In this document: positions 52,659-63,484 of the stretch, piece by piece
Position numbering within the stretch: position 1 is the stretch's first letter
Layout: each line of letters opens with the position of its first letter
Notes under the pieces: model-generated
The model's database searches: none
The model's input: the letters and a program-made list of their open reading frames with translations, nothing else
Told to the model about the DNA's origin: nothing
Translations under genes and position numbers: made by a program
DNA from: Raja brachyura
Lineage: Eukaryota
DNA length: 64,000 nt
Direction of reading: 5' to 3'
NCBI GenBank assembly: GCA_963514005.1
Contig: OY740805.1
Coordinates: forward strand, 28,954,001 to 29,018,000

Positions 52659-53227
52659 CTGTTTCCAAGAAAAGCACAAATACAAGCCATGGAAAAATAA
52701 CAACCAGTAGGTGCTAGCCATGAGTTTCCCACAAGAACATTAAGAGTGGAAGACTGTTTAGTTTAGTTGAGAGATACAGCGAGGAAACAAGTCCTTCGGC
52801 CCACCGTGTCCGCGCCATCCCCGCACACTAGCACTATCTTACACACACTACGGACAATTTACAAACTCTGTGCAAGCACTCGTAATTTTGGTGGAAAATC
52901 CTTCCCGTGATATTACAAAAACGAATCGTCCCGTTTACACTCTTCCATCAAAACTGGATCACAAGTAATCTCGTTATTCGCAGAGAAAGTTTAATTTATG
53001 TGGCCCTATCATCTTTCAGAACAGTCAGGTGGCTTGGAGAGACCTCCTTTCAAGAACCCATCCGAGTGCTCCTCCAGTTATATATAAAAAGCAAATTATG
53101 AGGACTTGTTATTGAACAAGCAAGGACCCCACAGATTTTAGCTCACAAGCATCTCCTCTTACATCTTTAACTTCGTGAAGGTTATTAGATCAGAAAATGT
53201 ATCGTTTGAAAAAATGAAAATAATTAC

Positions 53228-53557
53228 CATAAACTTTCAGTTCCGTCACTTGTAGATGGAGCTGCTGATTCGTCCTTAAGTTCATTTCATATAGACCTTG
53301 ATCGTGTTCTGTTAGGTTCTGTATTTCCAGACTACAGTCCTGTAAGTTTAACCTGATTCTCTGTTTGTTACAATGTATTGGATTGTTTTGAGTTTTCGTA
53401 CATAATTGAACCTTTTCTGCCGTTGATGGACTATGGTAATCCCAAGTGAGGATTAAAATGTTTTCTCCTGAGATACATCCTGGTAACGTGACTGACTGTC
53501 CTAGTGTCCCATTCACCAAGCGACGAGTGCCTGGTTTCCCAGCAGTCTGTCCCAGAC
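53228..53557 (-). CDS. Copy E exon 2: IgV domain
   Basis: 330 nt, AG/GT intact, open frame within ORF 53190-53612. Confidence 0.88.
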
Positions 53558-55164
53558 CTGAAACACAAGCACAAGATATTAGTGCCATCAGCTCTGGTGT
53601 GTTGATGTTCATAGTTTCCCAGCCCAGCAGCGAGTTGTCCCAACCCTAATGGACAAGGGCAGCAGGCACATGAGTATTCCACCACCCATACAGATGAGGC
53701 TCTGGATGAATAATCTTAAAAACACAGAAAGTAGCTGCAGGAGTAGGCCATTCGGCCCTTCGAGCCAGCATCGCCATTCAATATGATCATGGCTGATTAT
53801 CGAGAATGGGTACCCTCTTCCTGCTTTTACTTCATATCCCTTGATTCCTTCAGCCCAAAGAACTGTGTCTAACTCTCTTTTGAATGCATCCATTGAATTG
53901 AACTGCACTGCTTTCTGTGGCATAGAATTCCCCAGGCAGCATTTTGTGCATGTTTAAAATATATCTATTACCTGGTATCTTCCATCGGAAGGATTTGGAT
54001 AGGAACGAAATTCTCAGCCTCCGAGGTCGGTGGAGTCCGGTTCTCTGGACACTTTCAAGATACAACTAGGTAGGGCTCTTAAAGATAGGGGAGTCATGTG
54101 ATATGGGGAGAAGGATGGAACGGGGTACTGATTGTGGATGATCAGCCATGAACACATTGAATGGCGGTGCTGGCTCGAAGGGCCGAATGGCCTACTCTTG
54201 CACATATCGACTATTGTCTATTGAAATAAATAGCCTTTATTTTATTTGAGAAGTGTGGTTAGGGTGAACATACCGAAACCAATCCATTTAGTTTCCCAGG
54301 ACGACAGTCTGTTGCCCCAACCCTAATGGGCAAGGGCAGCAGGTCCACCCATGGCATCTCCTCACATTTTCAATTTGGAGTTAGCAAGGGTCAGTCCTGA
54401 AAGAAGCTTTCGTCCTGCTGTCCCAGCACACGGCAACGAAAAAGATGGCACTGGCTAATACCGGTTGGTAGAACATCTGCAGTATCTCACTGTGGGCGTT
54501 GAAGGAGCTGAGCCTTCTCAAAAAGTACAGGCAGCTCTGTCCTTTCTTGTATATTGCCTCAGCGTTCCTGGACCAGTCCAGTTTACTGTCCATGTACACT
54601 CCCAGTTATTTGTACTCCTTGGATNNNNNNNNNNNNNNNNNNNNNNNNNNNNNNNNNNNNNNNNNNNNNNNNNNNNNNNNNNNNNNNNNNNNNNNNNNNN
54701 NNNNNNNNNNNNNNNNNNNNNNNNNNNNNNNNNNNNNNNNNNNNNNNNNNNNNNNNNNNNNNNNNNNNNNNNNNNNNNNNNNNNNNNNNNNNNNNNNNNN
54801 NNNNNNNNNNNNNNNNNNNNNNNNNNNNNNNNNNNNNNNNNNNNNNNNNNNNNATCATACAAGTGTATATATAATCACCTGATCATACAATTTCTATATT
54901 ATTCCCTATTCGCATCCATTCCATACGCGCTGCGGGAAATTAACCTAAAGACCTGCATGTCTTGGGATGGGGGGGGGGGGGGGGGGGGGGGGACACTGGG
55001 GCACCACGTGTTTTTTTTTACACCGAGAGTAGTGGGTGGCTGGAAGGCGCTACCAAAAATGGGTGTTGCAGGCTGAAAGGCCTGTTCCTGTGTTGTACTG
55101 TTCCATGCAGCACCTTCTTCCAACCTACCGCCACCCTCACCCCGAGGTCAAGGCATGGACTCAC

Positions 55165-55234
55165 CTCCAGAGTCGTTCAACAGCAGCCAAAATATCCCGA
55201 TGAGGAAATGAATCTCAGGAACTCTCCTGGCCAT
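55165..55234 (-). CDS. Copy E exon 1: signal peptide MARRVPEIHFLIGIFWLLLNDSG
   Basis: 70 nt from ATG to G|GTGAGT. Confidence 0.8.
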
Positions 55235-55473
55235 GTCTTCTCTTCAGATTCTTCAGCAAGTTGTTATTGAGCAACAAGAGACTGCAGATACTGGAATCTG
55301 TTGCAAGAAAACAATAACCTGTTAGACGATCTTAGTAGTTCGAGCAGCATTTGTTGAGGCAAAGAAATGTTGGACATGACCCACACCAGGACTCAGAGTG
55401 CAGAGGAACGATAGTTCATGTTCATAAGTCATAGGAGCAGAATTAGGCTATTCAGCCCATCGAGTCTACTCTG

Positions 55474-56502
55474 TAGGTATGTTACAAAACTTACCTTGAG
55501 CAGCGCTGCAGTTCTGCCGCTCCCCGTGTGCGCGACTTTGGCGCCTTTCAGAGGGGGGCGGGCTTAAAGTGCCGTTTTTCCACAGGCAGGAAAAAGCGAT
55601 CAATGTCGGGCGATTTCGTTGCGGAAGAAAAATCGTTCCGACATTTCATGAATGAAGGTATTTTAAAATTACTCTAAATTATTTATTAACTAGAGTAATT
55701 TAAAAATCACCTTGAAAAGCCGTGAGCGCCGACAACCGGAAGGATTTTGCTTAGGGGAGAAAAAAAGGTAGTTTATTTTTATATTAAAAGTTGGTTTTTC
55801 GGGAGGCTTTAATAATATTTTTATGTTGCGAAATGGGGTCCAAAAAAATGTATGAACAAATAGTATTTTTCCTCCCGACTTCACCGCTAACCGTAACGTT
55901 CCAATCCACCGCATTCCACTAAAACCCACTCGCTAGTTGATTTAAATGGCCATTAATTTACAGGAATCAAACACTAAATTCCTTCCATTTGGCCCAGAAA
56001 TTCATGAAAATGAGATTTAAAAATTATGTTATATTGTGGATTATTGTGTGAATGTCATTTGGACACTTAGGCAGTTAAAAAAAAGTTTATCTTTTCTTAA
56101 GAAATGGATAGATGTTTAGATCTACTCATTGAATTTTGTAATTAGCTACAATTAGATAACTAACTAATTATATGCTTTAATTTCAAGTCATCCAAGTAAG
56201 ATTGTTTCATATTTGTTTCAGAATGCTTCAATCTATAATAACTGAAAATTTCATTGAGTTCTCTTAATTGTTAAGAAAGTTATCGGCTTTTAACGGTTCC
56301 AGACGCAGCTTTTGAGTTAAGTCAATTGAAAGTCAATGGGGAACAAGTTGCTAATTTCCGAGTATGAAAATGGCCATAACGTTCTTAATACTGAAGATAT
56401 GAAAGTGAATTAGGTGTCAAATTAAACTTCTTTTTATGCTTTATCTGATGGGATAAATTGCAGACTTGATTTTTTAAATCTCAAAATCTTGTAACATTGC
56501 TA
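55474..56502 (+). mobile_element. Non-autonomous TIR DNA transposon (~1.03 kb, hAT-like termini, 7-bp TSD)
   Basis: Ends TAGGTATGTTACAA...TTGTAACATTGCTA; TSD TACTCTG/TGCTCTG (one mismatch); other units show the empty site gtctactctgccattc. Confidence 0.85.
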
Positions 56503-59500
56503 TGCTCTGCCATTCCATATTGGCTGATCTATCTTGTCCTCTTAACCCCATTCTCCTGCCTTCTCCCCATAACCCGTGACACCCGCACACTGATCCTAGA
56601 CTCTCCCACGACTAGAACCATCCTCTCCTCACCCACTCTATCCAGGCCTTTCACTATCCGTTAAGTCTCAGTGAAATCTGCTTTCATCCTTCTAAACTCC
56701 AGCGAGTACAGGCCCAGTGCCAACAAACGCTCGTCTTATGTTGACCCACTCATCCCCGGGATCATTCTATTACAATATATATTAAATGCTGTTATTTCTG
56801 TACCCATATGTATGATTCCTTTTCATGGAATCAAACCATTCATTTCAACCAAAATATGTAAACATAGTGCCCTGTGAACAATATAATAAATGCACGTACA
56901 CACACACGTACATATCTTCTGTATACTATTATTGTTATTATTGCATTGTTATTGTTTGTTTGTATGTACATCTGCGTATTATNNNNNNNNNNNNNNNNNN
57001 NNNNNNNNNNNNNNNNNNNNNNNNNNNNNNNNNNNNNNNNNNNNNNNNNNNNNNNNNNNNNNNNNNNNNNNNNNNNNNNNNNNNNNNNNNNNNNNNNNNN
57101 NNNNNNNNNNNNNNNNNNNNNNNNNNNNNNNNNNNNNNNNNNNNNNNNNNNNNNNNNNNNNNNNNNTGCAGATGCTGGTTTAAACCGAATATAGACACAA
57201 AACGCTTGAGTAACTCAGCGGGACATTCTGAAGAAGGGCCACGATCAGAAACGTCATTCAAGCCTTCTTTGCAGATATGCTACCTGTCCCGGCGAGTTAC
57301 AACAGCATTTGGTGTCTAATTGGTTTAAACCAGCAAATAACGATTATAGGGATGATATAGGGACCATTGCATCTTTCAAGAAACAATTAGACAGGCACAA
57401 GGATAATACAGGGTTGGAAGGATATGGGCCAAGTGCAGGCAGGTCGGACTGGTGCAGATGGGGCATGTTGGTCGGTGTGGGCAAGTTGGGCCGAAGGGCC
57501 TGTTTCAACGCTGCATGTCTCGATGACTCTACCTTCCTATCAAGCTCCCCACTCACTTGTGTCTCACTATTACCTGCCAAGCTTTGTCGTACCTCTCCGC
57601 CATTTCCAGCCTTCTTCTCTCCCCCCACCTCCAACAAATCAGTTTGAAGAAGGGTCTCAATCCAATGCAGAACGGTTTAGTTTACAGTTTCATTTATTGT
57701 CATGTGCAGCGAGGTACAGTGAAAAGCTTTTGTTGCGTGCTAACTAGTGGAAAGACAATAAACGATTACAATCGAGCCATTGACAGTGACAACAGAATAA
57801 TGTTCAGTGCAAGGTAACGCCAGCAAAGCCCGCACAAGGATAGTCCGTTGGTCACCAATGAGGGGGATAGTAGTTCAGCATTGCTCTCTGGTTGTGGTAG
57901 GATGATTCAGTTGCCTGATTACAGCTGGGAAGAAACTCTCCTTAAATCTGGATGTGTGCGTTTTCACACTTCTGTACCTTTTGCCTGATAGGAGGGGGAG
58001 AAGAGGGAGTGGCCAGGGTGTAATTCCTCCCTGATTATGCTGCTGGCCTTGCCGAGGCAGCGTGAGGTGTAAATGGAGTTAATGGAAGGGAGGTCGGTTT
58101 GTGTGATAGTGTGGGCTGCGAAAGCAATTCGCTGCAATTTCTTGCGGTCTTGGATGGAGCTGTTCCCAAACCAGGCTGTGAGTTGAAACTGTGCCTCCTT
58201 CCCAGCTCTCCAGAGATGCTGCCAGACCCGCTGAGTGACTCCAGCACTTTGTGTCCTTTTCTGATTATGCCTTATCGGCCACCACCACCACTTTTCACAG
58301 ACAGAAAAAAGGCAGAATAGTGTTGTCAGAGGATATTACTGTGGGTTTGTCAACTTAAATACGATGTGGTTGGTACTTTTAAGCACTGACTGCCCTCTCT
58401 GCTGCATCTTGTTCCAGTCCCACCTGTTTATCTGACCACTCACGCGTATTTTTGTCACGCTATGTGTGGTCTGGGACCGCAGTGGGCGATAGAATGCGAC
58501 AGCATCTGCAGCCAGGGTCCAAACCACATGAGTTGAACTATCTGCAGCTCCCTCGCTAATGGGACAACGTTTCTTGGGTGTATTTTAAAATCACTTTAAT
58601 GCCCCATCCCAGTCTAGCCCCTGCCTGCCTATTGTTTAAATCAACCCTATAAACCCCGCAGAAACCGTCACCTTTGGCCTCCCATAAGGTCATAAGTGAT
58701 AGGAGTAGAATTAGGCCATTCGTCCCATGATCTCTACTCCGCCATTGAATCATGGCTGATTTATGTCTCCCTTTTAACCTAATTATCCTACCTGCTCGAC
58801 ATTACCCCTGACACCCGTACTAATCAAGAATATATCTCCATCTGCCATAAAATATCCTTTAACGGCCTCCACAACCTTCTGTGGCAGAGAATTCCACAGA
58901 TTCACCACCCTCTGACAAAATACATTCCCGCTCATCTCCTTCCTAAAAGATCGTCCTTTAATTCTGAGGCTCTAAACTCGAGTCCTGGTGTGTCCCACTA
59001 GTGGAAACATCCTCTCCACATCCACTCTATCCAAGCCTCTCGCATATCCACAGTTTCACCAATTCATTCTTGGCGCACTCCATCCACCTTCAAATCGTTG
59101 AAGGGTAAGGGGACGGGGTGGGATAGTGCGAGAAATGGACGCACAAACTGGTAAGGCAGAGGGAAGTGAGAGAGAGAGAGAGAGAAAAATAGGGGGGGGG
59201 GGGGGGGGGTGGGGTGGTAGATGTCTTACAGATTATTACCTGAAATTGTACGAAGAAAAACATTCAAATGTACTGACCTGTGCTGAGCTTGTCCTCTTGT
59301 AACACATGGAGCAAAAGAGAGCTGAGATGAAGATGATTGCGGTAAAACGTACACGGCTTGAGACTGTGGCTTATAACCTGAAGAGAGATCAAATGAAGAC
59401 ATTTACTCCAGCACTTTGTGGTGCCTGTTTAAACTAAGTCTATTACCCGATTTCTTCTATCGGAAGGATTTGGGGATTTGGATAGGAACGAAATAAATAG

Positions 59501-60761
59501 TCCTTATTTTATTTGAGAATCGTGCTTAGTGCGAAAAGATAAAGCCACAAACCTTCTTGGACAGGACAGAGCTGTGTTAGATCCACGCTCCACGTCTCCT
59601 CACTAACAGGGTTCCCCACGGTGCAGTTGTACACGCTGGTGTTGTTGGGTAGAGCTGTGGTGAGTGCCCGCCTTCTTCCTTCGTCAGTCAGTATGTGCGA
59701 CCCATCTGCCGTGACCTTGCCATCTCCTGACCACCAAGTGTAGAGTGGCTCGATGCCGTGCTCCAGTGAACATATCAAGCTAACGTTACACACCCCGTCA
59801 GTGAAGGCTTCGCTGATATTTATTACTGATAATGACACTCGTTCCGTTTCAAGGACAAGCACAAATACAAGCCATGGAATAATAACAACCAGAAGGTGCT
59901 AGCCATGAGTTTCCCACAAGATCAGTAAGAGTAGAAGATAGCTTAGTTTAGTTTAGTGATACAGCACGGAAACAACCCCTTCGGCCCACCGTGTCCTCGC
60001 CCACCAGCGATCCCCGCACACTAGCACTATCCTACACCCACCACGGACAATTTTCAAACTCCGTGCAAGCACCCGTAGTTTTAGTGCAAAATCCTTCCCG
60101 TGAGGTTACAAAAATGGATCGTCCAGGTTACATTTTATCACCAAAACTAGATCACAAGTAAACTTGTTATTTACAGAGAAAGTTTAATGTCTGCGGGCCT
60201 ATCATCTTACAGAAAAGTCAGATGGATTGGACAGATCTCCATTGAAGAACCCATCCTAATGCACTGCCATTAATATTTAAACAGAAAATACTGAGGACGG
60301 GTTCCTTAACAAACAAGGACTCCGACCCATGTAATGTTTCAGTATTCACCCTGATAGTATAACCTATAGTCCTCGGCTCACATCAAAAGCATCTCCCCTT
60401 ACATCTTTTAGTTCGTAAATGTTGTTAGATTGGAAAATGTACCGTTTTTTAAATTGAAATAGATTACCATAAATCTTCAGTTCTGCCACTTGTCGATGGA
60501 CAGCCAAAGTCGTCCATAAGTTCATTTCATATAGACCTTGATCGTGTTCTGTTAGGTTTTGTATTTCCATACGACAGTCCTTCAGGTTTAACCTGATTCG
60601 CTGTTTGTTACATTGTATTGGACTGTTTTCAGTTTTCATACAAAATTTAGGTGCAAGAATAGGCCATTCGGCCCATCGAGCCAGCATCGCCATTCAATAT
60701 GATCATCGCTGATTATCCAGAATCGGTACCGTGTTCCTGCTTTTTCTTCATATCCCTTGAT

Positions 60762-61003
60762 TTTTCACACAGAGAGTGGTGGGTCTCTGGAACTCTCTGC
60801 CACAGAGGGTAGTTGAGGCCAGTTCATTGGCTATATTTAAGAGGGAGTTAGATGTGGCCCTTGTGGCTAAGGGGATCAGAGGATATGGAGAGAAGGCAGG
60901 TACGGGATACTGAGTTGGATGATCAGCCATGATCATATTGAATGGCGGTGCAGGCTCGAAGGGCCGAATGGCCTACTCCTGCACCTAATTTCTATGTTTC
61001 TAT
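60762..61003 (+). mobile_element. Young CR1-like LINE 3' end inserted into an older antisense LINE fragment
   Basis: Clean FFTQRVVGLWNSLP segment and tttctatgtttctatg tail; interrupts sequence that is contiguous in units A-E (cccttgatt|cc..ttagcc). Confidence 0.75.
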
Positions 61004-61518
61004 GATTCCGTTAGCCCCAAGAGCTGTATCTAACTCCCTCTTGAATATATCAATTGAACTGGACTCCACTGCCTTCTGCGGCATAGAATTCCACTGGCAG
61101 CATTTTGTGCCTGTTTAAACTAAAGGATTTGGGGATTTGTATAGCTACATGATAAATAGCTCTTATTTAATTTGAGAAGTGTGCTTAGTGTGAAAAGATA
61201 AAGCTACAAACCTTCATGGGCAGGTCAGAGCTGTGTTAGATCCACGCTCCACGTCTCCTCACTAACAGGGTTCCCCACGGTGCAGTTGTACATGCTGTTG
61301 TTGTTGGGTAGAGCTATGGAGAGTGCCAGCCTTCTCCCTTCGTCAGTCAGTATGTGCGATTCATCTACCGTGAACTTGCCATCTCCTGACCACCAAGTGT
61401 AGCCAGGCAACGTACCGTGCCCTAGTGAACATACCAAGATAACGTTACACACCTATTCGGTGAACGTTTCACAGATAGTTATCACTGGTAATAATACACG
61501 CTCTGTTTCACGACTGTC

Positions 61519-61809
61519 ACCTGTTCCACGGTGCGAGTTCATTCCAAGAATTCTCCCGAGTTTGCCCTGATTCGAACTCGGATATTTACGGTAATGGCCA
61601 CTAGTTGGTACTCGGGGCTATCGTGGACATTTCTCATCATGTTGAAAAATCTTCACGAGTCTTCCCCATACCTGCCGTTAGCGAGTATTCCCGAGTACCT
61701 GCCGTTAGCGCTAAGAGACGTCCCCGAGCTCCGACGTACCCGCTACGTTCATTCTTTTTTTTTTTAACTCGGGAGAGCCCTTGGAATGAACTCGCACCGT
61801 GGGACAGGT
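61519..61809. mobile_element. MITE, ~290 bp, with ~40-bp imperfect TIRs
   Basis: acctgttccacggtgcgagttcattccaag ... cttggaatgaactcgcaccgtgggacaggt; lies ~16 bp from the C2-1 acceptor. Confidence 0.75.
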
Positions 61810-62450
61810 ATTCACAATCTTGGTGCTTTGCAGCGACACAGACCCGCGTTTGATCCTAACTACGGGTGCTGTATGTACGGATTTTCTGCGTTTGCCACGT
61901 GACCGCGTGGGTTTCCTCCGGGTGCTCCGGTTTCCCCAACACACCAAAGCTTGTTAGCGAATGCACTGTTTATAAAAATTAAATAAGATTATCATCAATT
62001 TTCAGTCCTGTCACTTGTACAAGGAGCCCGTGATTCGTCCTTAAATTCATTCCGTATAGACCTTGATCACGTTCTGTATGTCCAGACTGCAGTCTTTTAA
62101 GTTATCTGATTCGCTGTTTGCCATATGACTTTGACATTAGCCTTTTGACTAATGTGTCCCAGTGTCCCATTCACCAAGTGACGAGTGCCTGGTTTCCAAG
62201 CAATCAGTCCCAGACTTGAAACAGAAGGACAAGGTATTAGTGCCATCAGCTCTGGTGTGCTGGTGTTCACAGTTTCCCAGCATGGTAATGAGTTGCCCCA
62301 ACCATAATGGGCAAGAGCAGCAGGTCTACCCATGGCAGCATCTCACATCTTCAATCTTCATCTCAGATAGCTAGATAGCTAGATAGCTATATAGCTAGAC
62401 AGGGAGCGAGAGAGAGAGAGAGATTGAGGGGGAGAAAGGGGGAGGAATGG

Positions 62451-63484
62451 TAGCAATGTTACAAAATTTTGAGATTTTAAAAATCAAGTCTGCAATTTAT
62501 CCCATCAGATAAAGCATAACAAGAAGTTTAATTTGACACCTAATTTACTTTCATATCTTCAGTATTAAGAAAGTTATGGCCATTTTCATGCTCGGAAATG
62601 AGTATCTTGCTTCCCATTGCCTTTCAATTGACTTAACTCAAAAGCTGTGATCTGGAAAAATTAAAAGCCCATAACTTTATTAAAAATTAAGAGAACTCAA
62701 TGAAATTTTCAGTCATTATAGATTGAAGCATTCTGAAACAAATATTAAACAATCTTACTTGGATTACCTGAAATTAAAGTATATAATTAGTTAGTTATCT
62801 AATTGTAGCTAATTACAAAATTCAATGAGTAGATCTAAACATCTATCAATTTCTTAAGAAAAGATAAACTTTTTTTTAATTGCCTAAGTGTCCAAATAAC
62901 ATTCACACAATAATCCACAATATAACATAATTTTTAAATCTCATTTTCATGAATTTCTGGGCCAAATGGAAGGAATTTAGTGTTTTATGCTGTAAATAAA
63001 TGGCCATTTAAATCAACTAGCGAGTGGGTTTTAGCGGAATGCGGTGGATTGGAACGTTGCGGTTAGCGGTGAAGTCGGGGGGGAAAATACTGGGGGTTCA
63101 TACATTTTTTGGGGACCCCATTTCGCAACATGAAAATAGTATTTATGCCTCCCAAAAAACCAACTTTTAATAAAAAAATAAAGTATTTACCTTTTTTTCT
63201 CCCCTACGCAAAATGCTTCCGGTGGTCTGCGGTCACGGCTTTTGAAGGTGATTTTTAAATTACTCTAGTTAACAAATAACTTAGAGTAATTTAAAAATAC
63301 CTTAATGGATGAAATGTCGGAGCGATTTTTCTTCCGCAATTAAATCGCCCGACATTCATCGATTATCCTGGTCTGGTGAAAATCGGCACTTTAAGCCCGC
63401 CCCCCTCTGACAGGCGCTAAAGTCGCGCACACGGGGAGCGGCAGAAGTGCAGCGCCGCTAAAGGTAAGTTTTGTAACATACCTA
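62451..63484 (-). mobile_element. Second copy of the 1.03-kb non-autonomous DNA transposon, opposite orientation
   Basis: TAGCAATGTTACAAAA...TTTTGTAACATACCTA; perfect 7-bp TSD GGAATGG at 62444-62450 and 63485-63491; body is a diverged reverse complement of 55474-56502. Confidence 0.88.

Larger units (their letters stand above)
59236..62215 (-). pseudogene. Four-Ig-domain CD2/SLAM pseudogene: V (~61993-62215), C2 (61212-61502), V (60468-~60648), C2 (59553-59843), TM (59236-59377)
   Basis: V1 internally deleted with altered acceptor. C2-1 has TAG and TGA stops. V2 lacks its 5' half. C2-2 acceptor AG>GG. TM exon is 10 nt short (frameshift). No leader or TM exon lies between C2-1 and V2. Confidence 0.85.
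18200..62360 (-). repeat. Tandem segmental-duplication array of CD2/SLAM-family gene units (~7.5-9.5 kb period)
   Basis: V-exon starts at 18949, 28425, 35942, 44460 and 53557, with remnants near 60.6 and 62.2 kb; introns and embedded repeats are co-linear between units. Confidence 0.95.

Noticed and set aside
38223-57319. Long ORFs containing X runs
   Set aside because: Artefacts of translating N gaps.
18620-62215. Rearranging Ig/TCR/IgNAR V segments
   Set aside because: No YxC motif, no RSS heptamer/nonamer after V, and each intact V splices directly to its own C2 exon.
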